Positions 1 through 10,430 are shown, counted from the whole stretch's first letter. The stretch is DNA of 63,725 bases, filler included, from Gemmatimonadota bacterium (GCA_003697105.1; 3 parts of 3 records of this genome joined end to end with filler, not necessarily neighbours in it), one strand, 5' to 3'. Numbers and translations: made by a program. The notes: generated by a model not told the origin, from the letters alone.

Positions 1-402
1 GCACAACTTTAACAACACCACCACAATTGATTGCTTCCATCACATTTTCCTGAAAACTTTAATTCATCAAATGCAATTCCTGTTACCAACCATTTATTTG
101 GGATGCAAGGTTTTCTATGTCTTTGAATTTGTTGAAGTTTAGTAGTATTCTGTTTATCTGATTAACTTGTACGCATTCGCAATTATGTTTGGTGTTCTGT
201 CACTTTGGTTTGGCTCTTCCGTAAAGATTGTGGGTTTACTTTTTACTGAAGACGTTTTACCTTCTTTGCCCGTTCTCAATACTATTTTATGAGGATTACT
301 CTCGGATGTGTAACTATTTGATTTATTGATCTTAAAATTCAAGTTCCAGCAGTTGCAATACACAAAAATTTATATCATCACACCTCTCGTCAAGGAGGTG
401 CG

Positions 403-943
403 ATGATGTCTCATTCCGATTATCAAAACCATTTGAACCAATGGCTACATCAGTATGAAGATGACTCTGTATTTCAGAACGCGCTGGATACGTTTCAGAA
501 AGAATTCATTATGTTCAGCGCACTAGATGTAGGTCCGGCGTTACCGATCCTTCAATCCACCTATTGTCCGCGAAAATACAGTGAACTTCGCGATCCGTTG
601 TGTATGCTGCGCAGTCTGCTCTTGCGCTGGCATGGCTGTAATTCCCGGAAAAGCCATGTCTATACCTGCCCGGTAAAACGACCGACCCATCGCGAAGGAA
701 AATACAGCTATCTCGTTAACCCGGAGAACTGCCCCCGCGGGGAAGATTGCCAACCCGACAGCTCCATCGGACTGCGGCCTACATCAAAACCGAGACCGAT
801 CCACGTGTTTTTACCTCGATACCCAGAGACACGCTAAATTCAAAGCGGTGATGAAACAGCGTAGCGCCTCCGAGCGAGTCAATGCCCTCAACGATCACTA
901 TCAGGTCGAACGCTCCTGTCACATTGGCTATCTCACCGAATAG
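403..943 (+). pseudogene. Degenerate DDE transposase remnant (frameshifted, probably internally deleted)
   Basis: ORF 403-837 has an RDPLCMLRSLLL segment and a Cys-rich insertion (YTCP...NCP...DCQP). Shifted frames continue YIKTETDPRVFTSIPRD and then FKAVMKQRSASERVN, an R-x3-E-R-x-N motif typical of IS4/IS5/IS1182-like C-termini. AAGGAGG RBS upstream. Confidence 0.6.
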
Positions 944-1026
944 ACCGCGCCAGAACATCTTCCAAAACCAATTCCTCCGCACAGATGACGCAATCCGTTC
1001 AACTTGACATACTAACAATATAAGAT

Positions 1027-1067
1027 AAGTCGGTAAATATTACGTTTAATTTAATATTTATCGGCTT
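1027..1067. other. AT-rich inverted repeat/hairpin downstream of the transposase remnant
   Basis: AAGTCGGTAAATATTA ... TAATATTTATCGGCTT, a 16-bp stem with G-U pairs. Confidence 0.4.
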
Positions 1068-1367
1068 CGACCCTCATTTTTCAAAAACAACACGCTCGAA
1101 GACGGATTGTCGCTGTCGAAGAAACAGAATGAAGTGCTACTCTGGTAATACTCTCGGATGTTTCTTCCAAGAGTTCTCTGGATCGGGTGTTGGGTAGAGA
1201 TCACGACTTCACACTGGCTCAATCTGGTAATTGTTGGAGGGAAGTAAGTTCCACTGTAACTGCAAGGTTCTCATTTGATTATTCGTACGTTCTCGCCCAA
1301 CAGTTGGAGAATGAGCCATAATACCGGCTGACCCGATTGAAAAAATATATTTATTTCATGCTTACTT

Positions 1368-1700
1368 TTACAAATTGGCAATGTGGCGGTCAATAAAACT
1401 CACGAGTGGATATTCCAATCGATAATGTTTTTTACCAAAATGATCGGCAAAATAGTCGAGACCGCCGTCAAATCCGTGCTCCCGAATATGGTCAATCAGC
1501 GGGTCGACGATTTCAGCAGTAAAGAGGACTTCAACCGCTTCATCTGACAATTTACCCCGTTCCTCCACCCCGGATTGGTGAAAAACGGTATGGCAATCAT
1601 GGCAAAAATAGTAAAAATAGATTCGCTCCGCGCCCAGTAAACCTTGATATGCCTTGTGCATAATATCACAATTTCGGCTTTTGCATTGCAGACAATTCAT
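1368..1700 (-). CDS. Small hypothetical protein with zinc-ribbon-like CxxC...CxxC
   Basis: MNCLQCKS...FCHDCH; ATG at 1700; co-oriented downstream of rnhA. Confidence 0.6.
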   Translation of the reverse strand: MNCLQCKSRNCDIMHKAYQGLLGAERIYFYYFCHDCHTVFHQSGVEERGKLSDEAVEVLFTAEIVDPLIDHIREHGFDGGLDYFADHFGKKHYRLEYPLVSFIDRHIANL

Positions 1701-1770
1701 CCGTAAACCCGTCCTCAAAAGAGTCAAAGAGGTTATTTCTAAAACGAGTGATAGAACTCGTGATCCTTTT

Positions 1771-2220
1771 TCACGTTATATAGGGTTGGTAAGCGGCGAC
1801 TGCCAGTTGGTCACAGCGCTCATTTTGGGGGTGTCCCGCATGTCCTTTAATCCATTCAAATGTGACCTGATGGATTTTCGCTAAATGATGAAGTTCTTGC
1901 CATAATTCCTTATTTTTGACCGGTTTCCGCTGCGAATTAATCCAGTTTTTCTGGATCCAACCGGTGATCCATTCGTTCATACCTTTGACCACGTAGCTGG
2001 AATCCGAGACGACTTTCACGGTGCAGGGACGGTTGAGTGTTTTTAAGCCTTCGATCACCGCCGTCAATTCCATCTGGTTGTTAGTGGTTTGGGGCGCTCC
2101 GCCGGAGAGCTCCTTCTCTTTTCCGCTTGCCACGTGGTGCAACACTGTGCCCCAACCGCCCGGACCTGGATTTCCGGTACACGCCCCGTCGGTATAGATG
2201 ATTACGTCATATTCTGCCAT
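1771..2220 (-). CDS. rnhA: Ribonuclease HI
   Basis: YTDGACTGNPGPGGWG, TTNNQMEL, SDSSYV, WIKGHAGHPQNERCDQLA motifs. Confidence 0.97.
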   Translation of the reverse strand: MAEYDVIIYTDGACTGNPGPGGWGTVLHHVASGKEKELSGGAPQTTNNQMELTAVIEGLKTLNRPCTVKVVSDSSYVVKGMNEWITGWIQKNWINSQRKPVKNKELWQELHHLAKIHQVTFEWIKGHAGHPQNERCDQLAVAAYQPYIT

Positions 2221-3590
2221 GCCACCTCCCGGTATTGTTTTGCCGCCGTTGCCGGATTTTCTGCTTGGATGATCCCCCGTCCGACAATGATACCATCCGC
2301 ACCCCCTTTGACAGCCGCCGCTGCCGTGACATAACGCTGGCCAAGCCCATCACCTTTGGCTTGCAGATTCACGCCGGGCATCAACAGGAGGAGATCATCT
2401 GCCATTTTGGTTTTCAATTTCCGAATTTCAGTCTCATTTTCGCCGAAACCGATGAACCCGGAGACCACCTCCCGCCGGTTTTTACCGATTTCCAGCACTT
2501 GACGGGTGTAGTTCTCACTGATCAGATTTCCGGCGGCAGACATTTTCGCCAGTAAAAATCCACTGCGGGGGGATTCCAGATCGCCGAATAGCCCGTCCAA
2601 AATAGCTTCTCCGGCAATCGCGTGGACTGTCACAAAGTCTGCCCAATCTGCTATCTTGTAAATTCCGGAGCGGAATTGTTTGCGGACGGTACTGCCAATA
2701 TCAGCAAATTTTCGATCTTCAAAAATGAGAACCTGAGATTCCCCGCACAGATCGGTCAATTTTTTCACAAAATCTTCGGAGAAATCCTGTAAAATATCCA
2801 CATGCGTTTTGACCATCACAATCTGATCCGCCGTTTGCTCCAAAATATGGAAAAATTCATCTGAGGTTTCCACATCGAGGGATAGAATCAGATTACTCTC
2901 TTTTTGGATCATCAAATCGACCAGTTTCCGGCTGAGGGGGTTGGTCATCAATTGGCGGCGTTCGGCAAGGGTTTTTACCGGTACGTTCCGTGTGGCTTGG
3001 ATGAAGGTCTGCACCGCTAGGCGTTGGTTATCGCGGATCCATTGGTGAGCTGTAAGCACGCTCAAAATTTCATCAATATGCAAAATGGCGGTGAGGGTAT
3101 AGCCCTTTTGGCGTAGCAGTTCCGCGCCGTTGGGGCTCCGATCCACCACGGTCACAATATCGGAAATTTTCAGCCCGCCGGCTTCCAATCCGGCGGCAGT
3201 TTCAAACTTACTCTCGCCGGTTGAAATGAGGTCATCAATCACCACGCATGTTTGCCCGGCCGTGAAGTTGCCTTCAATCAATTTTTTGGTGCCATAGGAT
3301 TTTGCCTCTTTGCGCATATAAATTAGGGGTTTGTTCCGTTTTACAGAGACAATCGCAGCCATCGGCAGGGCGGTGTAAGGGATACCCGTTACCAGATCAA
3401 ATGATTTATCTTCAAGGACTTGCAATAGCAAATCCGTAATTTGGGTCATTATGTCTGGGTACGAGACCACACCACGCAGATCGATGTAAAACGGGGAGGT
3501 TAACCCGGATTTCAGTTTGAATTCTCCAAATTTAATTGCACCGATCCGGTGGAGATCGAGGATGAGTTGTTCTTTTTTAGGATTCATCAT
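2202..3590 (-). CDS. pyrE-pyrF: Bifunctional orotate phosphoribosyltransferase / OMP decarboxylase (UMP synthase)
   Basis: N-terminal FKLKSG..SPFYIDLR, RKEAKSYG and VVIDDLISTG (PRPP loop); C-terminal KTHVD, FEDRKFADIG, PGV and IIVGRGI. Confidence 0.95.
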   Translation of the reverse strand: MMNPKKEQLILDLHRIGAIKFGEFKLKSGLTSPFYIDLRGVVSYPDIMTQITDLLLQVLEDKSFDLVTGIPYTALPMAAIVSVKRNKPLIYMRKEAKSYGTKKLIEGNFTAGQTCVVIDDLISTGESKFETAAGLEAGGLKISDIVTVVDRSPNGAELLRQKGYTLTAILHIDEILSVLTAHQWIRDNQRLAVQTFIQATRNVPVKTLAERRQLMTNPLSRKLVDLMIQKESNLILSLDVETSDEFFHILEQTADQIVMVKTHVDILQDFSEDFVKKLTDLCGESQVLIFEDRKFADIGSTVRKQFRSGIYKIADWADFVTVHAIAGEAILDGLFGDLESPRSGFLLAKMSAAGNLISENYTRQVLEIGKNRREVVSGFIGFGENETEIRKLKTKMADDLLLLMPGVNLQAKGDGLGQRYVTAAAAVKGGADGIIVGRGIIQAENPATAAKQYREVAWQNMT

Positions 3591-3605
3591 GGGGTTTCCT
3601 TGTTT

Positions 3606-4424
3606 CTACTTTTTCCCCTCAATTTCTTTCAGCAATTGCTGGGCTTCTTCTTTGCGGGCTTCGTCATCTTCGTCCTGAATCTTTAATTCAAGGATGGTGC
3701 GGAGTTGTTCGCGTGCTTTTTCATACTCTTTTTCATCGATCAAGAGGTGGGCGTAATCCAGACGGTACATGATAAAATCCGGACGAAGTTCAATGGCACG
3801 TTGGAACAAGCGACCGGCTTCTTTGCGGTTTCCCCAGCCAAGTCCCATTGGTTTGCGAATCCAACCGGGTTTTTCGGTCAGTTTGTGGTGAGTACGGGCA
3901 AGAATATAGTGGGCAATGCTATCATTGGGGTCCAGTTCAAGCGCTTTTTCGCAATCGGCTCTAACTTTTTTGACTAAACCGATGGTGGAAAACACACCTT
4001 TAAACAACGATATTTTACCTGTTGCCGCGGCACGCCGGGTGTAGCCGGTAGCACTTTCAGGATTGGCTTCAATTGCCTGATTCGCGTAATCTAAGGCAGT
4101 TTCATAATGCGATAGCTGGTCGTCTTTGTTTTCCAGATGTTCGCCGATGTCAATGTGTGCCCGGCTGATGCGCCAAAGCAAATCGAAGGTGCCGGGAAAA
4201 GCCTCCAGACCGGCTTGGTAGGCTTCCAGTGCTTTTTCATTGTCAAATGCCGCGTATGCCGCATCACCGGTCGCGATAAAATCGGCGACGGTGGATGCCT
4301 TCACGGTGGTTGAAACCCGGTTGGTGAGCGTATCTTTCTCTGCCGGCATCTCTTCTTGTGCCAATACCCATGCCGCCATGCAGAGTACCAACCCGGCTAC
4401 TAAAAAAGAACGATTGATTTTCAT
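3606..4424 (-). CDS. Exported TPR-repeat protein (RMDN/PTPIP51-like TPR array by resemblance)
   Basis: Signal peptide MKINRSFLVAG...VLA; repeated ALELDP/AIEANP/AIELRP TPR turns; GGAGAGGAG RBS before ATG 4424. Confidence 0.8.
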   Translation of the reverse strand: MKINRSFLVAGLVLCMAAWVLAQEEMPAEKDTLTNRVSTTVKASTVADFIATGDAAYAAFDNEKALEAYQAGLEAFPGTFDLLWRISRAHIDIGEHLENKDDQLSHYETALDYANQAIEANPESATGYTRRAAATGKISLFKGVFSTIGLVKKVRADCEKALELDPNDSIAHYILARTHHKLTEKPGWIRKPMGLGWGNRKEAGRLFQRAIELRPDFIMYRLDYAHLLIDEKEYEKAREQLRTILELKIQDEDDEARKEEAQQLLKEIEGKK

Positions 4425-4633
4425 CAGACTCTCCTCTCCGTTAAAATAAAAAATTAGGGGACTGGAATGCCAGACAGTATACCGACGAATATCCCTGAAA
4501 TCAAGTACAAAGTTGCTTTGGCTAAAAACTCTTGACATTTATCGCTATTTTTGGTGTTATTGGCAGGGCTTATCATTATTGGGTTCGCGTACGGACTCTT
4601 ACCAATTTCACCATACATTTTTTTGGAGGTGCT

Positions 4634-5071
4634 ATGATCAGTTTTTCCCTCAAAGTGATCATTTGTCTTGGCTTAATTATGCTCATCAGCACGTTGGTGG
4701 GCTGTAAACATGAGGAGGTCGGGACTCCGGGGGCACAAACCAAAACCCAACTAAGCGCTCAGGAGACCCAAGCCTTGATTCAGGCAAAAAAAGATGATCC
4801 GAATTTTATCATTGTGGATGTGCGTACCCCGCGCGAATATCAGGCAGGGCATATTGACGGGGCGATTAACATTGATTTTTATAACCCCTCTTTTGCCAGC
4901 CAATTGGAACAACTTGATCGGGACAAGGAATATCTAATTTACTGCCGTTCCGGCAATCGCAGTGGAAAAACCTATCAACTCATGACACAGAAACTCGGTT
5001 TTCAAAAGGTTTATCACCTTACCAAAGGGATGATCGATTGGAATCGGGAAAATTTACCTTTAGTCCGCTAA
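4634..5071 (+). CDS. Rhodanese-domain lipoprotein
   Basis: Lipobox LVGC; DVRTPREY..GHI.GA; active-site loop YCRSGNRS; GGAGG RBS. Confidence 0.9.
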   Translation: MISFSLKVIICLGLIMLISTLVGCKHEEVGTPGAQTKTQLSAQETQALIQAKKDDPNFIIVDVRTPREYQAGHIDGAINIDFYNPSFASQLEQLDRDKEYLIYCRSGNRSGKTYQLMTQKLGFQKVYHLTKGMIDWNRENLPLVR

Positions 5072-5084
5072 CAGTGGGGTGGTT

Positions 5085-5795
5085 ATGCTATTGGGTACCA
5101 TTGTGAATGTTATAGCGGTGCTGGTGGGCAGTGGGCTCGGCTTGTTGATTCATACTCGATTACCACAGCGCATTTCAGGCATTGTCTTTCAAGCGATTGG
5201 TGTGTTTATCCTATTCTTAGGGGTACGCATGGCGATGAACGGTCTGGACGCCCTGCCGGAAGAGAGCGGTGGTAACGGTATTATTATTCTGATTTTCAGT
5301 ATGGTGATCGGCTCCATTTGGGGAGAATGGATCAACCTCGATTCCTATCTGAACCGGTGGGGAGACCGCCTCAAAACACAGATCAACATCGGGCATGAAC
5401 ACTTCACGGAAGGACTGGTGACGGCATTTTTGCTCTTTTGTATGGGTTCCATGACCATTTTAGGTGCTATTGAGGAAGGGTTGGGCAACCCACCGACACT
5501 CTTGCTTGCTAAATCTGTGTTGGATGGTTTTGCCTCGATTGCCCTCGCCGCTTCGCTGGGGATTGGGGTCATGTTTTCCGTGATTCCGTTGTTGATTTAT
5601 CAGGGGGGGCTGACCGTATTCGCTATGGTTTTCCAAAATTCTGCCGCCCAACCCATCATCGATGAAATGACCGCCGTGGGTGGCGTATTGCTAATTGGCT
5701 TGGGCATCAACATCCTTGAGATCAAAACGTTGCGAATTTTAAATATGTTACCCAGTTTACTTATTGTCATTCTATTAGCTTATCTTTTCCTCTAA
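5085..5795 (+). CDS. DUF554 (YdfK-like) membrane protein
   Basis: GTIVN, LFCMGSMTILG and KSVLDG motifs; multiple TM helices; alternative GTG start at 5079. Confidence 0.9.
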   Translation: MLLGTIVNVIAVLVGSGLGLLIHTRLPQRISGIVFQAIGVFILFLGVRMAMNGLDALPEESGGNGIIILIFSMVIGSIWGEWINLDSYLNRWGDRLKTQINIGHEHFTEGLVTAFLLFCMGSMTILGAIEEGLGNPPTLLLAKSVLDGFASIALAASLGIGVMFSVIPLLIYQGGLTVFAMVFQNSAAQPIIDEMTAVGGVLLIGLGINILEIKTLRILNMLPSLLIVILLAYLFL

Positions 5796-5808
5796 TGGAG
5801 GTGATCCG

Positions 5809-6936
5809 GTGAAATGGTTATCACGGTTTTTCATTTGGGGGCTGATCGGAGTCATGTTGGCGGGGATTACGGCGGTAGCGAATCCCCGCGGGGGAGTTGA
5901 TCCCGCTGCCATTGACCCCTTGCAAGCAGATGCTGGGGATTTTCTGGATGTGGACCCGGGAGAATATGAGCGTTTGGCAAATCAAGCGTACCAACAGCAG
6001 GCGTACCGCAAAGCCGCCCAGTACTATCTGGCATATTTGCATTATAATTCCCAAGATTTTACCGCTATTTACAACCTCGCGTGCTGTTACGGTCTGATGG
6101 GGGAAGCCTATCATGCGGCCAAATATCTGGAACGGGCAGTTCGGGCTGGATTTGATGATATAGCGTGGGCGGCTCAAGACCCAGATTTTAACGCCGTCCG
6201 GCAGGATGTCCGGTTTGCCGCCACCCTCGATAGCTTGACTGTCTGGTTAAAAAAAGCAGAAGACCCACACCTCACCGCGATTTACCTCCGTGCAGATACC
6301 TTTTTGAAATGTGTAATCCATTTGCCGGTGGATTATGATTCCTCCCAAACCTACACCCTTGTCTTGGGGCTTCATGGTTACGGGGGTTCCGCAGAGCAGT
6401 TTATCAATCTGTGGGACCAGTTTGAGCAACCCGATTTTATCTATGCCGCTTTACAAGCTCCTTACGCCTTTCCTCTCGACGAAAAATTGGGTCACTCATG
6501 GCATCTGGATTTTACCCCTGAATTGCGGAAGGTGACCGCGCAAACCACCGGGGATTATGTGGCACGGGCAGTTACAGAACTGAAACGTCTCTATCCGGTG
6601 GGTGAGGTCTATCTAATGGGCTTCTCCCAAGGGGCGGCATATACGTTGATCAGCGGCATCCGTCATCCAGACCTATTTGCCGGATTGATTCCGTTTGGCG
6701 GCTGGCTGGATCAGGAGACACTGGATGAAGAGGAAATAACGGCGGCAAATCAGGTGCGTATTTTTATCGCTCATGGAAAGCAAGATCAACGGGTGAAATA
6801 TGCTGCCGGAACGACTGCCCGTGATGTGCTAAAAACCGCCGGTTATGATGTTACTTTTTACGCTTTTGATGGGGGGCATAGTGTTCCGGCAGAAGGGTTA
6901 CGAGCTGTTCAACAATGGATAAAACAGAAGGAGTAG
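5809..6936 (+). CDS. Exported TPR + alpha/beta-hydrolase (phospholipase/carboxylesterase family)
   Basis: YNLACCY TPR-end motif; LHGYG oxyanion, GFSQG nucleophile, HGKQD and GGH. Confidence 0.85.
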   Translation: MKWLSRFFIWGLIGVMLAGITAVANPRGGVDPAAIDPLQADAGDFLDVDPGEYERLANQAYQQQAYRKAAQYYLAYLHYNSQDFTAIYNLACCYGLMGEAYHAAKYLERAVRAGFDDIAWAAQDPDFNAVRQDVRFAATLDSLTVWLKKAEDPHLTAIYLRADTFLKCVIHLPVDYDSSQTYTLVLGLHGYGGSAEQFINLWDQFEQPDFIYAALQAPYAFPLDEKLGHSWHLDFTPELRKVTAQTTGDYVARAVTELKRLYPVGEVYLMGFSQGAAYTLISGIRHPDLFAGLIPFGGWLDQETLDEEEITAANQVRIFIAHGKQDQRVKYAAGTTARDVLKTAGYDVTFYAFDGGHSVPAEGLRAVQQWIKQKE

Positions 6937-6939
6937 TGT

Positions 6940-8634
6940 ATGCGTGTGTGCTGGATGTGGGTCCTCATCGGTTGGGGGTTGGGGAGCGTGTTGGTTAGCA
7001 GTCTTGCCACCGGTTCAACGGTACCGATCCGGTTTGCGGTTCTTGGAGATCGTACCGGTAAGCCAATTCCCGGTATTTACGAAGAGATCGTTCAGGAAGT
7101 CGCTCGGATGCGTCCCGATTTTGTAGTCACCGTCGGTGATATGATCGAAGGTTATACCGATGATGATGCGGAAATCCAGCAACAGTGGCAGGATTATTTT
7201 AAGCTGGTAGAACCCCTCACCATGCCCGTCTATTACACTCCCGGTAATCATGACATTTGGCACGAGCGCTCCGCCGAGATTTACCAGCAATATATTGGCC
7301 CGCCCTATTTCTCGTTTAATTACCGTGACTTACATGTGATTATCTTGGATAACAGCCGGGATCGCCGGATCGCGCTGGATCAATTATCTTGGTTGGAGGA
7401 TGACCTGCACCAGTACCGGGATATGCCGTATAAAATTGCCTTTATTCATCAACCCACGTGGTACCAGACCGTCGCCCGGGGCAAACCCGACCCTTTACAC
7501 CGCATTTTTGTGGAATACGGGGTACATGACGTGTTTACCGGACATTACCATGACTATTTTGTCGGGGAATACGACGGCGTGCGTTACACCAGCATCGGGA
7601 GTTCTGGAGCGCACCCTAAAAAAAGCCCCAGCGGGTTAACATTCCATTTTGCGTGGGTCACGGTTGATGCCGAAGGGGTGCATATCACACCGATCAAAAA
7701 CAATTCGGTGTTGCCGTGGGATTTAGTTACCGCTGAAGAACGTCAATTGGTACGCAATATTCAACGCCACGCCGCTACTTTTACCGCCCCGTTGACCGTT
7801 GATGAACATCTCCAAGCCGAACCGGCTGAGATCACGTTACACTTGCGGAATTTACACCCCACAGAATCCCTTAATAGTATTTTACGATGGCGACTTCCCG
7901 AGGGCTGGTCGATTGATCCGGTGGAGGTACCCGTGATGATCCTGCCGGAGGATGAAACAGAGCTGACCTTTTTAGTCCGCAGTGCCGGCAAGTCGGAATC
8001 TATCCCCAATTTTTCACTGGATTTCCCCTATGCCACGGGAAAAAGCTACCGGGTGGTTGAACCGATCTATTTGCACCGCCCGACGGTTGCCTATTATACA
8101 GAGGAATCCCCTCGTATTGATGGGCATTTGGAGGAAGCGTGCTGGCGCCATCCGGTTTATAAATTGTTTGACCCGGAGGGAAATCCCCTGCCGGTGGATT
8201 CCACCTTTTTCTATTTTGCCTACGATGCCGATAATTTTTACTTTGCGGCACTTTTACAAGATTTGCACATTGAAAAATTGACGGCTTATGTCACCGAACG
8301 AGATGGGCGGCTCTTTGCCGAAGACCGGGTCGGCTGGCGATTGCATCCGCCCGGGCAGGATGAGAGCTATACCGTGCAAGTGAATCCCTTGGGCACCATC
8401 TGGGATTACAGTGATAAGGAAGGCATGCGCTGGGATGGTGAGTTTGAAGTCAAAAGTTTTATTGGGGGTTACTTTTGGAGTGTCGAAATACGCATTCCAC
8501 GCAACCAATTTGGAGTTCAGGCATCTGCCAACCAACAGTGGGGGCTGGATTTCTGGCGGCACCAGAAGCGGTTTAAGGAAAACGCAGAATGGATGCCCGG
8601 TAGTCATTTTCCCGGGATGTTGATCTTGAAATGA
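6940..8634 (+). CDS. Exported calcineurin-like metallophosphoesterase with C-terminal Ig-like and CBM9-like sugar-binding domains
   Basis: GD, VGDM, PGNHD and GHYH metal motifs; PRIDGHLEEACW...YDADNFY...WSVEIRIP CBM9/DOMON-like pattern. Confidence 0.8.
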   Translation: MRVCWMWVLIGWGLGSVLVSSLATGSTVPIRFAVLGDRTGKPIPGIYEEIVQEVARMRPDFVVTVGDMIEGYTDDDAEIQQQWQDYFKLVEPLTMPVYYTPGNHDIWHERSAEIYQQYIGPPYFSFNYRDLHVIILDNSRDRRIALDQLSWLEDDLHQYRDMPYKIAFIHQPTWYQTVARGKPDPLHRIFVEYGVHDVFTGHYHDYFVGEYDGVRYTSIGSSGAHPKKSPSGLTFHFAWVTVDAEGVHITPIKNNSVLPWDLVTAEERQLVRNIQRHAATFTAPLTVDEHLQAEPAEITLHLRNLHPTESLNSILRWRLPEGWSIDPVEVPVMILPEDETELTFLVRSAGKSESIPNFSLDFPYATGKSYRVVEPIYLHRPTVAYYTEESPRIDGHLEEACWRHPVYKLFDPEGNPLPVDSTFFYFAYDADNFYFAALLQDLHIEKLTAYVTERDGRLFAEDRVGWRLHPPGQDESYTVQVNPLGTIWDYSDKEGMRWDGEFEVKSFIGGYFWSVEIRIPRNQFGVQASANQQWGLDFWRHQKRFKENAEWMPGSHFPGMLILK

Positions 8635-8721
8635 TCCGGAAGATGTTTTCTCAGACCCGGCGGGCAACCTGAAAAATTGAAATCTTAATGACTCACAGAC
8701 TCTAGGATAAAGAGGACGCCA

Positions 8722-9054
8722 ATGAACATACAAATTTTTGGCACAAAAAAATGTAAAGCCACCCAGAAAGCACTCCGCTTTTTTAAGGAACGGGGGATCA
8801 AGCCCCATTTTGTGGATTTGAATGAACAGACTATCAAAAAAGGGGAGCTAACCAACATCCGGCGCTCAATCCCGTTGGCGGAGTTGATCGATACCGGAGG
8901 CAAAGAGTATCAACGCCTGAATTTGAAATATTTGGTACACGATGTGGAGGAACAACTGCTGGCGCATCCGTTGCTTTTTAAGACACCGATTGTGCGCCAC
9001 GGATCACACGTCACGGTGGGTCACCAACCGGAGGTTTGGAAGTCATGGTTGTGA
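8722..9054 (+). CDS. ArsC/Spx family protein
   Basis: FGTKKCKATQKALRFFKER; HPLLFKTPIVR. Confidence 0.85.
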   Translation: MNIQIFGTKKCKATQKALRFFKERGIKPHFVDLNEQTIKKGELTNIRRSIPLAELIDTGGKEYQRLNLKYLVHDVEEQLLAHPLLFKTPIVRHGSHVTVGHQPEVWKSWL

Positions 9055-9840
9055 TTACAAATGCCGTAGAAAACGTGCCGGATTGTTCAGAAAATCGCGA
9101 GTGAGTTGGACATGCTCCACTGCCTCATAGGCTACTTCCTGAACCGGGTAGGGATCAAATTGCAGGATTGTGGCATCTGGAAATGCCATCAAAATGGGGG
9201 AATGTGTGGCAATGATAAACTGCGAGTGGTGCTCGACCATCGATTTTAAGAGGGAGAGAAAGGTCAATTGCCGTAAAGGAGAAAGGGGCGTTTCTGGCTC
9301 ATCCAGTAGGTACAGCCCGCCGGGTACGACCCGGGTTTGAAACAACTTGAGAAAGCTTTCCCCGTGTGAATTTGCATCCAGATTTTCCCCGTAACGGTGG
9401 ATCAGCGCCTGCCGTTGCCCAAGGGCGACCCCTTTTGCCAGCATCAAGCCGTAGCCGCTGAGGGTCTCCTCATAATAATCCGCATCTGCCTGAAGGTCTT
9501 GTTGCGTTTGCTGAAGCCGCCGGGCGAAATTGAAAAAATCTTCAGCGCGTAGGAAAAAGCCACGCCGCGTTTTTTTGCTCCAACTCAACCGCAAGTACGC
9601 CCCTAAACGGCGGGCATGCTCTAACGTATGATCTTGCTGAATGTCGATTCCTCCCACCGTGGGCAGTCCGGTAGCCGCCGCCAATCCTTCCAGCAAAGTT
9701 GACTTCCCGGAGCCATTTTCACCCACAAAAAACGTCACCGGACGGGTAAATTCTAGGGTAAGCTCATGAAAGAGCGGTAAACTAAAAGGGAAATGTGCCG
9801 GCAGACGATCCGTTTTGAGCCGTAACGAACGCAAATGCAT
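9055..9840 (-). CDS. ABC-type AAA ATPase (COG3910-like, stand-alone)
   Basis: Walker [15 protein letters not shown] signature, LLDEPE Walker B, ATHSP. Confidence 0.9.
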   Translation of the reverse strand: MHLRSLRLKTDRLPAHFPFSLPLFHELTLEFTRPVTFFVGENGSGKSTLLEGLAAATGLPTVGGIDIQQDHTLEHARRLGAYLRLSWSKKTRRGFFLRAEDFFNFARRLQQTQQDLQADADYYEETLSGYGLMLAKGVALGQRQALIHRYGENLDANSHGESFLKLFQTRVVPGGLYLLDEPETPLSPLRQLTFLSLLKSMVEHHSQFIIATHSPILMAFPDATILQFDPYPVQEVAYEAVEHVQLTRDFLNNPARFLRHL

Positions 9841-9844
9841 TAGA

Positions 9845-10249
9845 TTACACCTGTTGGGGGTGGGGGTCTAAGCCATCAGTTAGTGGATGCTCTTGAATGT
9901 GCAAATCATGAAACTCAAAAAAGCCCAAATTATCCAACACAAAATAGACCAGACTATCCCGCTTGAAAATGTAGGTAACCGGTAATTCACGGGTTTTAAG
10001 GAGGGCTTTCATAAGATACCCCACTGCCGTGGAATTGATGTACTCCAGATCGAACAGATCAAATACCAACCGCTCGCTCTCATTTGTGGCGAGCCACATT
10101 TCAATCAAATTGGATTCGCTGAAAAGCGCTTCTGCACCTGCGGCTTCCAAACTCCCTTTGATGGAAATGATCTGTGCCGTTGGTTCTGCTTCTACCCGGA
10201 CCCATTGGATGATTGTTTTGTCATGCTGAACTTCATGGATCGTGTGCAT
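9845..10249 (-). CDS. STAS-domain protein (anti-sigma-factor antagonist-like)
   Basis: IKGSL...[18 protein letters not shown] resembles the STAS D-L-x2-L-x-Y-I-x-S motif. Confidence 0.65.
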   Translation of the reverse strand: MHTIHEVQHDKTIIQWVRVEAEPTAQIISIKGSLEAAGAEALFSESNLIEMWLATNESERLVFDLFDLEYINSTAVGYLMKALLKTRELPVTYIFKRDSLVYFVLDNLGFFEFHDLHIQEHPLTDGLDPHPQQV

Positions 10250-10430
10250 GGTTCCCCCGACGAAGTTGATGATGATTCGATTGCCTAAGTTTCAAGATGG
10301 AAACTCGCCATCTGCCAGAATTTACTAGCTGTTGATGACCATATCTTATTTTAGATGAGAATCTCTGCCATAAATTGGGAGATTTGAAGCGATTTCCTAA
10401 AATTACCGGATGGTGAGACCTAAAAATCCA

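Noticed and set aside
154-363. Short minus-strand ORF in the AT-rich left edge
   Set aside because: No recognisable motifs or clear RBS; cannot be supported as a gene.
9055-9840. AAA ATPase as part of an anti-phage defence system
   Set aside because: No partner nuclease or effector adjacent; it looks like the common stand-alone COG3910-type ATPase.
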